A DNA stretch of 59,567 bases, counting the filler, from Sanchytrium tribonematis (taxonomy: Eukaryota), in the NCBI GenBank assembly GCA_018985235.1. It is 7 parts of 7 records of this genome, joined end to end, with 100 filler letters (N's around TTAATTAATTAA, not from the genome) between each part and the next. Parts side by side here need not be neighbours in the genome. Positions count along the whole stretch, not along the records: positions 17,198 to 25,675 come from JADGIG010000376.1; positions 25,776 to 34,162 come from JADGIG010000378.1; 5 more parts are not named here. One strand, written 5' to 3'. Position 1 is the first letter of the stretch; each line of letters starts with the position of its first letter. Shown here piece by piece: positions 20,637-31,835 of this stretch. The translations under genes and the position numbers were made by a program. The notes below the pieces were generated by a model. The model worked only from the letters and a program-made list of their open reading frames with translations, did not search any database and was not told the DNA's origin.

Positions 20637-21071
20637 ATGCAAGCAACAAGCAGTTGTATAAAAACCTTTAAACTTAAAGGATTTGAAGTTGATGATAAGT
20701 TGCCAGTTGATCTTGTTGTTAACAAGGTTGGATTCCATATTGCAGACATTCATTTCAAACTACCCAAAAGTTTTGAGTTCACAAAAATTGTTATTGTATC
20801 TACCAAATACATTCATGTTCCTACACACATTTCATTTCTTAAGGTGAAAAGCATTGAAAAATTTATTGCGACACTTGTTGCTCCTAACAAATACAAGCCC
20901 TTAAATTTAAAAGCTACACCACCAAAGTGGAGTGATTTTTTTAATCTTAGTAAACACGCGTATTATGTGACTAAAGAGCTCAGATTGTGTGATTTGAATC
21001 TTGTGGATGTAGATCTTTTAGTAGATGAAGGCAAAAGATTTCAAAAAATGTTTCGCTACAAGAAAAAATAA
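20637..21071 (+). CDS. Hypothetical protein with weak resemblance to nicolin-1 (NICN1)
   Basis: 144-aa ORF filling the gap before MSH6. GFHIADIHF..PKSFEF and L.ATPPKWSDF loosely recall NICN1; unverified. Confidence 0.5.
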   Translation: MQATSSCIKTFKLKGFEVDDKLPVDLVVNKVGFHIADIHFKLPKSFEFTKIVIVSTKYIHVPTHISFLKVKSIEKFIATLVAPNKYKPLNLKATPPKWSDFFNLSKHAYYVTKELRLCDLNLVDVDLLVDEGKRFQKMFRYKKK

Positions 21072-21084
21072 ACATCTCCGTTGT

Positions 21085-23952
21085 ATGAAGCAGTCTTCAC
21101 TATTGGGATTCTTCAAGCCCAAACCTGATGTATCCACAAATATAACACAAAGGACAGAAAATCCGCTTCCGAGCACGCCAATTAAAACACCAAAAAAATC
21201 TCTAGTACAATCGACTCCAAAGTCTGCTGTATCTCGTCAAACTACTTCTTTTTTGAGTAGCGAGATGTTTTCCTCACCACAAAAGCGCAAAGGAACTCAA
21301 GATGGTAGTAAAAAACTGAAGCAAGAGGAATGGCTCTGGTTAAAGCATCCTAAAGATGATCAAAAAAGGACAAAGAGCGATCCAAATTATGATCCAACCA
21401 CTTTGTATATCCCGCCAAGTGATTTCGAGAAATTGACTGGTATGGAGAAGCAATATTGGGAAATCAAAAAGACAATGTTTGACACGATCATATTTTTTCA
21501 AAAAGGAAAATTTTATGAATTATATTCGATAGATGCTGACATTGCAAATAGCCACTTTGGAATGACTTTGGCAAACAGAAGTAGCATGATGAGAATGTGT
21601 GGAGTCCCAACTTATTCATTTGATGACTGGGCTCACAAGTTTGCATCTCAAGGCTTTAGAATTGCTAGAGTAGATCAAGCTGAGGATGAAGGAAAATTGA
21701 AAAGACGATTCGTGAGTCAAGTCTATACTAAAAGCACGCTTTTTGAGCTTGAAACAGATCCTTTTGGGAGCTTTTGCTTATGCCTTTTTCAAATTGATGA
21801 AAAAATTGGCCTTTCCATGGTAGACGTGTCATCTAGTCAAATTTTTATAACTGCCATTAATTTCAATGATTACAATCAAATTTTGGGAACTCTGTTAGCT
21901 AGACGAGACGTTAAGGAGGTGCTTTTGCCAAGAGGAAATCTAAATTCCAAGATAGTTAAATTCATTAAGGGATCAGACCCTGCAATCGACATTCAAACTC
22001 GTGATATTGATGAATTTGTGTCATTACAAGAATTTACTGACTACATCGTTCAAATGGGTTGTTTGAACACTACTCTTGGGCAATTTGCAAATTATTGTCA
22101 TAAGGTGATAAATAAGAAGGAAAATTCAAATTTGCCAGCCTCTCTGGATCTTGAATTAAATGAAGAACAATGCAACTTAATACTGCCTTCATTATCCGGA
22201 ATACTTTACTACCTTTGCGATTGTAGACTCTTCGAAAAGTTAAAGGATTCCTTTAAGATTCAACATTTTGATCCGTTATATCACTCAAATCAATTTCAAC
22301 TAGATGGTACAACGATCAATCATCTAGAAATTTTCGGAAGCGATAAATTTGAAAATGAGGCCTCCTTATTTGCGTTTTTAGATAGTACCAAGACCAATAT
22401 GGGAAAAAGGTTATTAAAAACCTGGCTTCTTCATCCTCTGACGAATATGTATGATATTTTGGACCGCCAAAAGGCTAGCCATGACGTCGAATTTGACTTT
22501 TGTGAAGACGCCCAAAATTTGACTAATTTCGCTTATGATATTCCTCGAGTTTTAGCAAAGCTAAGTGCTGGTCTGGAGCAGCCAAAGAAATTTGTTGCAT
22601 TTTTAAAATCTATATCTTTACTAAATGTCAGCAAGCTGTCCCCCAATGTGAAAAGTTCTTGCTTGAAGTCATATTTTGAAATTCTCGAAGACCTTGAGCT
22701 CGTATGCTCTCAGCTTGAAGACATTTTTGATTTTGATATTGCAGTTGAAAAAAATATTACTCTGCCGAGGCCTGGTTTTGATGCCGATCTTGACAATATA
22801 GAAGCTCAAATTTCTCAGACGGAGTCGGAGATGCAAAACTTAGTGAAAAATCTACAAAAGTCTCACCAATGCAGTTCAATTCAATTAATTGATTCTAATA
22901 ATGATTATTTTTTAATCCAAGTTCCCAATCATGTCAAAATGTCTTCTGCGTACTCAGAATTTTCCAAGACTGCAAAAGTGACAAGATATCAAACAAAAGA
23001 GACAAAAACAACGGCTTTAAAATATAAAGAACTACTGTTGCTAAAAGATACGTGCTTGGAAAATGTTAAAATTTCAATTTACAATCGTTTTTTACAACAT
23101 AAAAAAGCAATTTTGGGCTGGAGTGAATTTATTGCAACTCTTGATGTTCTAATTTCTTTCGTGAATGCAAAAAACAAGATGGGTTGCCACTGCTTACCAG
23201 AATTCGAGTCAGGCAAACCGAGTCTTTTCATTGAGAACTCGAGTCATCCTGTAATGAATTTACAAAATGAATTTATACCTAATGATATCGAGCTAGCGGA
23301 TAAGCACATGCTAATATTGACTGGCCCAAATATGGGTGGTAAATCTACTTTGTTAAGGCAGGTTTGTGTTGCTGTGATTTTGGCGCAAATTGGAATGGTG
23401 GTTCCTGCTAGTAAGTATGTGGGTACTATTGTTGACAATATTTTCACGAGAGTTGGAGCTCGTGACGACTTGATGACTGGACAGAGCACTTTCATGGTAG
23501 AACTACGAGAAACAAGTCGAATTTTGAAACTAGCTACACCAAATTCTCTCGTTATATTAGACGAATTTGGCAGGGGGACATCCTCTGCTGACGGTTATGC
23601 ACTCGCTTGTTCTGTCTTGAGTCATTTTCTATCCAATGTGAAGAGTAGGTTGTTATTTGCCACTCATTTCAAATTTGCATTGTCATTTGAGTCTATACAG
23701 TATCGTTATATGAATTACAATTTAAACAAACAATTAGAACACCTTCCAAGTATCGTGTTTTTATACAAATTAGTAGATGGTATTTGTCCAAGTAGTTGTG
23801 GATTCGAGGTTGCCAAATTAGCAGGCATTTCATCTAAAATAATTGAACGGGCCCAAATTGCAGCAAATTCATACGCAAAAGCTGCCAATAAAAATGCTGA
23901 TTTTGATAAGCAAATTCAACTGTTAATTGAAAGTCGACTAAATGAAGAATAA
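21085..23952 (+). CDS. MSH6: DNA mismatch repair protein MSH6
   Basis: N-terminal PIP box MKQSSLLGFF, YDPTTLYIP, QYWEIK, FFQKGKFYELY, Walker A TGPNMGGKST, STFMVEL, DEFGRGTS and FATH. Confidence 0.96.
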   Translation: MKQSSLLGFFKPKPDVSTNITQRTENPLPSTPIKTPKKSLVQSTPKSAVSRQTTSFLSSEMFSSPQKRKGTQDGSKKLKQEEWLWLKHPKDDQKRTKSDPNYDPTTLYIPPSDFEKLTGMEKQYWEIKKTMFDTIIFFQKGKFYELYSIDADIANSHFGMTLANRSSMMRMCGVPTYSFDDWAHKFASQGFRIARVDQAEDEGKLKRRFVSQVYTKSTLFELETDPFGSFCLCLFQIDEKIGLSMVDVSSSQIFITAINFNDYNQILGTLLARRDVKEVLLPRGNLNSKIVKFIKGSDPAIDIQTRDIDEFVSLQEFTDYIVQMGCLNTTLGQFANYCHKVINKKENSNLPASLDLELNEEQCNLILPSLSGILYYLCDCRLFEKLKDSFKIQHFDPLYHSNQFQLDGTTINHLEIFGSDKFENEASLFAFLDSTKTNMGKRLLKTWLLHPLTNMYDILDRQKASHDVEFDFCEDAQNLTNFAYDIPRVLAKLSAGLEQPKKFVAFLKSISLLNVSKLSPNVKSSCLKSYFEILEDLELVCSQLEDIFDFDIAVEKNITLPRPGFDADLDNIEAQISQTESEMQNLVKNLQKSHQCSSIQLIDSNNDYFLIQVPNHVKMSSAYSEFSKTAKVTRYQTKETKTTALKYKELLLLKDTCLENVKISIYNRFLQHKKAILGWSEFIATLDVLISFVNAKNKMGCHCLPEFESGKPSLFIENSSHPVMNLQNEFIPNDIELADKHMLILTGPNMGGKSTLLRQVCVAVILAQIGMVVPASKYVGTIVDNIFTRVGARDDLMTGQSTFMVELRETSRILKLATPNSLVILDEFGRGTSSADGYALACSVLSHFLSNVKSRLLFATHFKFALSFESIQYRYMNYNLNKQLEHLPSIVFLYKLVDGICPSSCGFEVAKLAGISSKIIERAQIAANSYAKAANKNADFDKQIQLLIESRLNEE

Positions 23953-23956
23953 ATAT

Positions 23957-24787
23957 TTATTTGTAATAACTATTGCTCAAAAAATCAGAATGTAAGCTAG
24001 AGTCTGGTGAATCATCCTGAATTAGAATTGATCCTGTATTCTGTGCAGACTGAATAAGTTTTCCTTTCTCAACAACTTCAACCAAGTCTCCAAAAAACAC
24101 AATGACAGCATTTATACGAATGATGTACGTCATTGACCGTATCCAGGAGATAGAAAAATGAAATTTTAGCAGAACCAGGATTTCTGAAGCCTCAATAAAG
24201 TACACTAATAACAAAGGAAAAAGAGTTTTTAAAATCCATTTTAAGTCGGGTTTTCCATCAAATAAAAGAACCATTTTCCGTAGTAAGATAGTCATGAGAT
24301 ATGTTTCTATGATCCACATAAGGAAGGTCAATGTTGAATACATTATAATCGTAGCAAATAAATAACTTTCATTCTTAAATGTCAGATTATATAACACAAT
24401 GAATGGAATATGTACAGTTACAACAATGAAAAACGCCAATAGAGCTCGCTTGTCTAGCCGGTTTAGTTTTGGAACAGTTTTAATGCGATAAAAGTATATC
24501 AAAAAGGTGCAACTAATTGTAATAAAATAAGTTAAGCTATCTAAAGTAATAAATACTAAACGTTTTCGAGGATCAATCCAGTCTGCTGTAATACTAAATA
24601 TGAGTCCCATTAAACTACAAATTAAACCGGTAATCATTAAATAATATGGCACTGATTTATGAGCCCTAAAAATTATATAACACTTCAAGCAACCATAAAT
24701 CCCGACTAAAATAGACAATACTAAAACTGTTGTTGCTCCGTACCTTTCATTTGGTGAAGTGTTGGGGGTGTTAGTAAGAATAGTCAT
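23957..24787 (-). CDS. Multi-pass (6-7 TM) membrane protein, GPCR-like
   Basis: Regularly spaced hydrophobic helices, a YFYRI motif after TM3 and a polar C-terminal tail. Confidence 0.7.
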   Translation of the reverse strand: MTILTNTPNTSPNERYGATTVLVLSILVGIYGCLKCYIIFRAHKSVPYYLMITGLICSLMGLIFSITADWIDPRKRLVFITLDSLTYFITISCTFLIYFYRIKTVPKLNRLDKRALLAFFIVVTVHIPFIVLYNLTFKNESYLFATIIMYSTLTFLMWIIETYLMTILLRKMVLLFDGKPDLKWILKTLFPLLLVYFIEASEILVLLKFHFSISWIRSMTYIIRINAVIVFFGDLVEVVEKGKLIQSAQNTGSILIQDDSPDSSLHSDFLSNSYYK

Positions 24788-24901
24788 TTACAAAGGAGCG
24801 GAGAATGAACCCCTTAAACTTTTCGGTTTTGTACTCGCCATCTTTTTTGTACTAGTAATCAAATTAAATCTGTTTCGACTTCAATATTTGACACAGGCCA
24901 A

Positions 24902-25675
24902 ATGGAATCGATGATTTATCACTTTTTTCAAATATGGCAACAAATTAATTCTGGTGTGCTATCTGATTCATTTGATTTTTCAAAGATAGATGCCTCTGAT
25001 GTCATTCTTTCACAAGAGTTACAAAGACTATATGAGTATTTTTTATTGCAATTGAAGACAACTGAAGAAGTCACCAAGCTTGATATTCAACATCTAGAAG
25101 AAAAACAACTAGGCATATCTGAAAAATTGAAATCGGAAGAGTTGAAATATCTTGAAGACAAAAAGCACTATGATAATATATTATATGGACTTGGAATAGA
25201 AATTGAAAGAGTTCAAAATGAAATGAAAATAGGAATTTCAAGAGAAGCAAGCTTCAAGGAACAGGCGTTTAAGACACTTGGCACAATCAGATCCGAATGG
25301 GAATTGTACGAGGCGGATGCAATACAAGCAAAACATATGAAGTCTCTCGAACTTGAGAAAAGTTATAATGAGTTTCTTAGATCTCTTCAGAACGAATTGG
25401 ACGATTGGATAGATCGGAAGAAAAGAATACAATTTGAGCTGACTGAGTGGGAAAATAGATTTTATCAGGAGTCGTCAGAAAATTCAGATGTTATTTGTCG
25501 CCTTGAAGCTGAATTGGCATCAAAGACCAATATTTTGGAAGAAACAAATCGTAAATTGAACGATATCACACCAGCTTACAACAAAATTTTGGAGGATAAA
25601 GAAAATATGTTGAAAACTCAATTTAACGAAAAGTTGCTTAATCTTTCACAACGAATTGCTGCAAAAAGGATTCAA
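24902..25675 (+). CDS. IQCD: IQ-motif coiled-coil protein, dynein regulatory complex DRC10/IQCD-like (3' truncated)
   Basis: RKKRIQFELTEWENRF...YNKILEDKE...AAKRIQ has IQCD-like spacing (K.K.E.E...W..KY ... AA..IQ). The IQ motif is cut by the contig end. Confidence 0.65.
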
Positions 25676-25775
25676 NNNNNNNNNNNNNNNNNNNNNNNNN
25701 NNNNNNNNNNNNNNNNNNNTTAATTAATTAANNNNNNNNNNNNNNNNNNNNNNNNNNNNNNNNNNNNNNNNNNNN
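25676..25775. other. Artificial contig spacer
   Basis: N44-TTAATTAATTAA-N44. Confidence 0.99.
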
Positions 25776-25825
25776 GATTTTGGGAATTATATGTATTCGT
25801 AAATGTATTAATTTTTGAAACTTGT

Positions 25826-27889
25826 ATGAAATGGAAAATCATTTCTCTTATTCTCCTTGGATATTTCATATTCTATTCTGGCCTGCTGACCATTAAAACA
25901 ACTTCTGATGCTTCCAGTAACACCAGAATTTCCCACGAGAGCCGAAAGATCATAATTTTGCTTATTGATGCATTAAGACTGGACATGGCCTTTGAAATTA
26001 GCAAAGAAATCAAACATGAAGTAAACATATTCCCAATGATAGTCCATCCTCCTACAACCACTGCTGCAAAGCTAAAATCATTGCTTAGTGGGTATTTGCC
26101 AAGCATTATAGAAGTTAAAGATAGTTTCCAGCAAGAAAAAATTAAAATACAGCATCTATTCAGTGAATACGGAAATCCCATCAATTCTAGCGTAGTATTT
26201 GTTGGTGACGATACTTGGACACAAATGTTAGATTTTGAGATTTCTTATCCAATGGATTCATATAATGTATGGGATTTAGATTCTGTAGATGAAAAGGTTT
26301 ATTCCGTTTTTCGGCAATATCTTCAAAACAATCAACCAGATGTGCTTATTGGACACCTCTTGGGAATTGATCATGCAGGTCATCGATATTTTCCTTTTCA
26401 CTCTGAAATGAAGAGAAAATTTGATGAATATTCCGAATTTATTACGCATATCATCCAGGAAATGTCAGAAGATACATATTTACTGGTTATGGGCGATCAT
26501 GGGCAGGACCAGAAAGGAGATCATGGCGGAGATTCATTGCTTGAAACAACCACAGCACTAATGGTTTACTCAAAAGATAAATTTAATCCAGTTGATTTTG
26601 ACGAAATTCCTTTATCGAAGCAACTTCATAAAGACTACGTTGACCAGCTAAAAAACTTTCCAAATATTGATCATTTGAAATTAAATCGTGTTATTTATCA
26701 GCTTGACGTTGTTCCAACAATATCTATTTTACTAGGAACAAATATACCCTATAATAGTCTCGGGACTGTCATTTATGAATTATTAAATATTAAGGATTTC
26801 GAGCCGTTGATGAAAGCTCAAATGAAATTTGCAAACGATGAACTTGGCATGAAATTTGAGGCAGTTGAGAGTTATAACATCACTAATTACGATAAAATAA
26901 GCAGAAACATATTGAATGAAGCAAATAGAACTCTAAATTCATTTAACCCTGTTGTAATGATCCTTGGAATTTTATTAATTATATCTGCTATTTGTTTTTC
27001 ATTTAAATTTCGCTATTTGGATTTGTTATTTATGCCATATGCATTGATCTATGCGAGCAACAGCTTTATTCTTGCCGAACAAAGTATTGCTTTATTTTTT
27101 ATGCAAATATCCATTTTATTCGAAATGAAAGATCAAATTCTTGCTTTTTACAAAACTAGAAAGTTTCCTCTTCTTGTAGTATTGAGTTTATTTTTGTGTA
27201 AATTGATGAATTATTTGTTTATTTGCAGAGAAGAATTTGGCCCCAATTGTATTTCGACATTTTATGATTCTAACACAACTACCACCCCTGAGTTTTTGAA
27301 ATATATTTCAATATTATTTGTACCCGTCCACCAATTAATCTTTGATGACATCTTACTTTCTACTGGCTTGTGGGTGCACGCTGCTATTTTTAATTCAAAT
27401 GAAATTGAAATGAAATGGAGAATTTATTTTTCTTATTTAATCATAATTTATAGCATTTTCAAATCTTTGAAAAGCAAAAATATTATTTTGTTAAAACACA
27501 CAATTTGCATTTTAACAATTAAGCTTTCTGGATACCCAGCTTTGGCAATATCTTATATTTTATTGAGATTTATCAAAAATCCTTATTTCAAAGCATTTTT
27601 AAGCTACCATTTATTTTTTACTACTGGACATCAAGCAACACTTAGTCATATTATGTGGGATAAAGGATTTGTTTGGTCTAAAGAAACCAATTTTTTAAGT
27701 CCAATTTCTGTTTTTTTAAACTATTTTTCGCCTTTTATCTTATTTGGTGAGTTCTTTCCATTAAAAATAATATTTATTGCTAGTAGTTGCATATCCACAT
27801 TTATTTTACGCAATCACTTAATGGCCTGGAAAATATTTTTTCCGCGTTGGATGTTGAGTTTTGGAGACATTCTTTATTTGATAGGATAG
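25826..27889 (+). CDS. PIGO: GPI ethanolamine-phosphate transferase 3 (GPI13/PIG-O)
   Basis: LIDALRLD, PPTTT, GDDTW, DLDSVD, HLLGIDHAGH, MGDHG...GDHGGDS, SNSFI, FFTTGHQATL..I.W and HLMAWKIFFPR. Confidence 0.92.
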   Translation: MKWKIISLILLGYFIFYSGLLTIKTTSDASSNTRISHESRKIIILLIDALRLDMAFEISKEIKHEVNIFPMIVHPPTTTAAKLKSLLSGYLPSIIEVKDSFQQEKIKIQHLFSEYGNPINSSVVFVGDDTWTQMLDFEISYPMDSYNVWDLDSVDEKVYSVFRQYLQNNQPDVLIGHLLGIDHAGHRYFPFHSEMKRKFDEYSEFITHIIQEMSEDTYLLVMGDHGQDQKGDHGGDSLLETTTALMVYSKDKFNPVDFDEIPLSKQLHKDYVDQLKNFPNIDHLKLNRVIYQLDVVPTISILLGTNIPYNSLGTVIYELLNIKDFEPLMKAQMKFANDELGMKFEAVESYNITNYDKISRNILNEANRTLNSFNPVVMILGILLIISAICFSFKFRYLDLLFMPYALIYASNSFILAEQSIALFFMQISILFEMKDQILAFYKTRKFPLLVVLSLFLCKLMNYLFICREEFGPNCISTFYDSNTTTTPEFLKYISILFVPVHQLIFDDILLSTGLWVHAAIFNSNEIEMKWRIYFSYLIIIYSIFKSLKSKNIILLKHTICILTIKLSGYPALAISYILLRFIKNPYFKAFLSYHLFFTTGHQATLSHIMWDKGFVWSKETNFLSPISVFLNYFSPFILFGEFFPLKIIFIASSCISTFILRNHLMAWKIFFPRWMLSFGDILYLIG

Positions 27890-27906
27890 AATTACAATAA
27901 ATTTAT

Positions 27907-29949
27907 TCAGGACATTAATGACAATGCAAGCTTTTCTTGTTCTTCAATTGAATACTTGTCAAGCTTAATTTTCTTTGCGCTCTGTGCTTGTGATTCGAGA
28001 TCGTTGCTACCTTCAGAATACTCAACTTCAATATCAGAATGATCAGAAATATCAGAGCGATCGTTTGGCAGTGCAGCTTGAATCGCCTCATCTTCAGACT
28101 CATCTCTTTTCCTCTTTTTCAATTTTTTTGCAAGTTTCTGCTCCCTCAACTTCAATTTTTGTTGCGCTTTATCCAGTATATCAGCATGAGCCATATCTGC
28201 TTGTTTTTCGGCCATATTTTCAGCGATTTTTGATTCGAAATTTTCAAGATTCATCTCATCATCAAAAAGAGATTTAGGATTTCCGTTTTCATCAAAAACG
28301 ATTCTTTTTCCCGCACCTCTGCTTTTGATTTCTTTCTGTTTTGCATTTGTAATTTGACGCTTGGTCATATTTTTGACTCTGTCAATATTTCTTGATATGA
28401 ACACAGTCTCTGGCTCGTCATCTTCTTCGGATTCTACAATTTTCTTTGTTAAAAAGCTTTCTTCCATTTTAGCAGTGTTTTCTTTTGCTTTTTCTATATC
28501 AATCTTTCGGCCTGTTGCTTCTTCAATAATTTCTTTATGTGAATCAGTCAATTGAGCATCAATTTTCTCAGAAAACTGATTAAATTCCATCTTGGGAGTT
28601 CGCTTTTTGAATCTGATAATTGGCATGGCGTGCATTCCGATGTGAAGCGCCAATGCTTCCCATGGATACTTGTCAAATTTAAAGACCTCTTTATCTTTGG
28701 ACTTGTAAATGGCACTTGCATAGCTCACAAAGTAACTGTAAGCAAGGGTTTTCAACTCTTTAAATTGTATTAATACCGCAGCAAGTTTTTCATGGATACT
28801 CAGCTGCTTCTCTTTGTTGATCTTTATTTCTTTAATTGGAATTTTATGAGCTTCTAATCTTTTGACGAACTTCAACTCACTTTTAATCAATAGCAACAAT
28901 GCGTTACCACCCTTTTGATATCTCGCACTTCTTCCTACTCTATGAATATATTGATCCACATCTTCAGGACAGTCAACCTGTAAAATCCAGTCTACACCAC
29001 TAAAGTCGAGTCCTCTACTTGCAATATCTGTACAAAACAAAACTGCTTTTTTAGTATGCATAAATTGCGAATAATTTTCCATTCTTCTATTTTGCTTCAT
29101 ACCTCCGTGGATATGCATCAGTGGAACTCCGGGACGAAGTTGTCTGAATGCTTCAAAAACGTATTTGACTTGCTTGCAAGTTGTAAAGAAAATCATTGAT
29201 TTGGAATTTAAGTGACTTTTTATATAAGACCATAATACATTCAGTTTATCATTCGCTTCGACCTCCATATATCTCTGATTTAGCAACTTCGGTGTCATAA
29301 TGTCGTCGTTGTACAATTTGATCGTGGTTGGTGTATCAAGATATTGCTTGGATATTTCAGACACTTCATTGCTGATGGTTGCAGAATAGAGCATAGTCTG
29401 GCGGGATTGATGTTCTCTATTTGGTAAGTGGTCCATTATAGCATCGAGTTGGTGTTTGAATCCCATATCCAAGATTCTATCACATTCGTCAAACACTAAA
29501 ACTTTTAAATTATCAGCATGAAATTGAGGTGTTTGATCCAAATGCTGCAACAACCTTCCGGGTGTGCAGATTAGGATATTCATAAATCCCACACTGCCTT
29601 TTTCTTGTTTAATGTGATTACCGCCGATCAGACAGCCAGCAGAAAATTCGCAATATTTTCCTACTTTTCTTAATACATTAAATATTTGAAGAGCAAGTTC
29701 CCTGGTAGGTGCAATAATTAAAGCCACAAGTCCATCATGCCTGCTGGATTTGTTATCAATTAGGGTCTGAAGCATCGGCAATAAAAAACATAATGTTTTA
29801 CCAGAACCAGTTTTCGCAGCACAGATAATATCATTGTTTTGAAGTGCAGGTTCTATAGCTTGCTGCTGGACACCTGTCATTTCGTGATAATTGGAAGCTT
29901 TTAATCCTTTGATGATGTTTTTGTCCAATTTTAATTTTGAGAAATCCAT
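27907..29949 (-). CDS. DBP4: DEAD-box RNA helicase DBP4/DDX10
   Basis: AKTGSGKT, PTRELA, TPGRLLQHLDQT, DECDRILDMGF, SAT, TCKQVKY.FEAF.QLRPG and HRVGRSAR. Confidence 0.95.
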   Translation of the reverse strand: MDFSKLKLDKNIIKGLKASNYHEMTGVQQQAIEPALQNNDIICAAKTGSGKTLCFLLPMLQTLIDNKSSRHDGLVALIIAPTRELALQIFNVLRKVGKYCEFSAGCLIGGNHIKQEKGSVGFMNILICTPGRLLQHLDQTPQFHADNLKVLVFDECDRILDMGFKHQLDAIMDHLPNREHQSRQTMLYSATISNEVSEISKQYLDTPTTIKLYNDDIMTPKLLNQRYMEVEANDKLNVLWSYIKSHLNSKSMIFFTTCKQVKYVFEAFRQLRPGVPLMHIHGGMKQNRRMENYSQFMHTKKAVLFCTDIASRGLDFSGVDWILQVDCPEDVDQYIHRVGRSARYQKGGNALLLLIKSELKFVKRLEAHKIPIKEIKINKEKQLSIHEKLAAVLIQFKELKTLAYSYFVSYASAIYKSKDKEVFKFDKYPWEALALHIGMHAMPIIRFKKRTPKMEFNQFSEKIDAQLTDSHKEIIEEATGRKIDIEKAKENTAKMEESFLTKKIVESEEDDEPETVFISRNIDRVKNMTKRQITNAKQKEIKSRGAGKRIVFDENGNPKSLFDDEMNLENFESKIAENMAEKQADMAHADILDKAQQKLKLREQKLAKKLKKRKRDESEDEAIQAALPNDRSDISDHSDIEVEYSEGSNDLESQAQSAKKIKLDKYSIEEQEKLALSLMS

Positions 29950-30088
29950 TGTCTGGCCCTTTTTTGAATTGATTTAAATTTTGACCTGGATTGATTCAGA
30001 GCTTGTGAGTTTCGAGATTTATAAATCAACTCATTTTTAACTGAAATTGTATTTACGGCAATTAATCTTGAAACACATAAATTGTTGA

Positions 30089-30295
30089 ATGTCCAGAAAT
30101 ATTTCGCCGTTACTGCTACCTGAGTCTTTACAAGATGATGATGACGATGTTAGCCATATTGAACAAATTGAAGGATTGACGCTAAGAGAAAAAGTTTTGA
30201 TGTTTTTGACCAGTCTCATTGTAATTTCACTAATTTGTGTCGGCACTGCCATTCTGCTTGATCCACACTCAAAGAATAGACACAGGCACAGGTGA
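30089..30295 (+). CDS. Small single-pass membrane protein
   Basis: 68 aa: acidic N-terminus, one TM, basic tail; fills the DBP4-CBF5 gap. Confidence 0.5.
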   Translation: MSRNISPLLLPESLQDDDDDVSHIEQIEGLTLREKVLMFLTSLIVISLICVGTAILLDPHSKNRHRHR

Positions 30296-30357
30296 AAGAT
30301 TTACGACTTTCCCATTCTATTAGCCGATATAGCTCAAATATATAAATGTTAAATATT

Positions 30358-31803
30358 TTATTCAACCGAAACTGACTTTTTCTTCTTTTTCTTCTTTTTG
30401 CTTTGTTCCTCACCATCACCATCCTCAGCTTTTCGCTTCTTGGATTTTTTCATTTCTTTTGTTTCCTCTTCAACAGATTCCTTCTTCTTTTTCTTTTTCT
30501 TCTTCTTTTCTGCGTCTACCATCTCCACTTCATGAACAATCGTCTCTCCTACAACAGCATCGTTCTGGACGGCATCAAGATCAATGCTTGATTCTATCAT
30601 CTGGGCGAGCTCTTCTTTTTCTACAGCTAAAGGTTTGTCTGATTTGTTAGGCACATCAGACCTCTGATAGTCAACGTATTCCTTAACCCACTCTTTCGGT
30701 GTAGTTTCAGTTGGTCTACCGTAATTGTCTAAAGTCCCGCTTTCCTTCATTCCTTTTTTCTTTTGTGCAGTTGGCCCCATACCCCATTTTTTAGGATAAG
30801 TATCTCTATCCATAATAACTCTCTTAATACTGGCAACAATTCCATGATCACAGCCACCAATATCAAGTGTAGACATCTGTGCTATTCCAAGAGCAATTGC
30901 TTCACCTTTAGTTGTAATAATGACAACAACGTCACCAATTCCAATATCATTATCATATCTCAGGACACCAGGAATTAAAAGTTTCGCACCATATGTAATT
31001 GCATTAACAGCACTATCTTTCACAATGATTCTTTTGTAATTTGTCAAGACGCTCTCTAAAGGCTTAACCACTTGTCTCAAATATTGTTCATTTTTTGAAG
31101 TATCGTACAAATATTGAGCATCTAAAACATCATGCATAGTAACACTGTCTTTTTCGTACATAGTCCCACTTCTAATACGTCTCAATTCTTCCATATGTGC
31201 GCCTACACCTAATAAAAGTCCTAAATGAACACACAGAGTTCTGATGTAAGTACCAGCTTCACAATTGATTTTAAATACCGCTAAACCTTTCTCTTCGTCA
31301 TATTCTATAAAATCACTTGAATAAATTGTTCTAATTCTCAATTGTCGTTTAACAGCAGAAATTAAAGGGGGTCTTTGAAACAAAGAACCTGTCAATTGTG
31401 TAATTGCTGCCTTTAATCTGGATTCGCTGACCTTTGAATGAAGTTTCATAACACATACATACTCTTTTCCAGCAGACTGTTGTGATTTTACTAAACGAGT
31501 AGCTCTATCTAAGCAGACAACCAAACATCCTGTGACTTTCGGGTCCAGGGTTCCACTGTGTCCTGTTTTTTCCAGTCTGAGGATTCTCTTAATCCAAGCA
31601 ACAACTTCGTGACTACTTGGGTTACTTGGTTTGTCCAAATTAATAATTCCATATTTCAAATATTCAGCCAATGGTCTACTCAATGGTGCGTATCCGTGAG
31701 GCAGCGGTGTATAATGACCACTTCTAATGTTCATATCTTCAGCGTTTTTAAGTAACAGTGGCATCTCATTCACCTTCTTTTCAACATCACTTTGAGGTAG
31801 CAT
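30358..31803 (-). CDS. CBF5: H/ACA snoRNP pseudouridine synthase (dyskerin)
   Basis: [42 protein letters not shown], a PUA domain and a KKE-rich tail. Confidence 0.98.
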   Translation of the reverse strand: MLPQSDVEKKVNEMPLLLKNAEDMNIRSGHYTPLPHGYAPLSRPLAEYLKYGIINLDKPSNPSSHEVVAWIKRILRLEKTGHSGTLDPKVTGCLVVCLDRATRLVKSQQSAGKEYVCVMKLHSKVSESRLKAAITQLTGSLFQRPPLISAVKRQLRIRTIYSSDFIEYDEEKGLAVFKINCEAGTYIRTLCVHLGLLLGVGAHMEELRRIRSGTMYEKDSVTMHDVLDAQYLYDTSKNEQYLRQVVKPLESVLTNYKRIIVKDSAVNAITYGAKLLIPGVLRYDNDIGIGDVVVIITTKGEAIALGIAQMSTLDIGGCDHGIVASIKRVIMDRDTYPKKWGMGPTAQKKKGMKESGTLDNYGRPTETTPKEWVKEYVDYQRSDVPNKSDKPLAVEKEELAQMIESSIDLDAVQNDAVVGETIVHEVEMVDAEKKKKKKKKKESVEEETKEMKKSKKRKAEDGDGEEQSKKKKKKKKSVSVE

Positions 31804-31835
31804 TGTTGTGTGTTTTGTCCTAACTCCCCAATGGG

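Noticed and set aside
21025..21084. N-terminal extension of MSH6 overlapping the upstream ORF
   Set aside because: The ATG at 21085 begins with the typical MSH6 PIP box and removes the overlap.
30375..30510. Long T/C-rich tract
   Set aside because: It is the reverse complement of the normal lysine-rich dyskerin tail.
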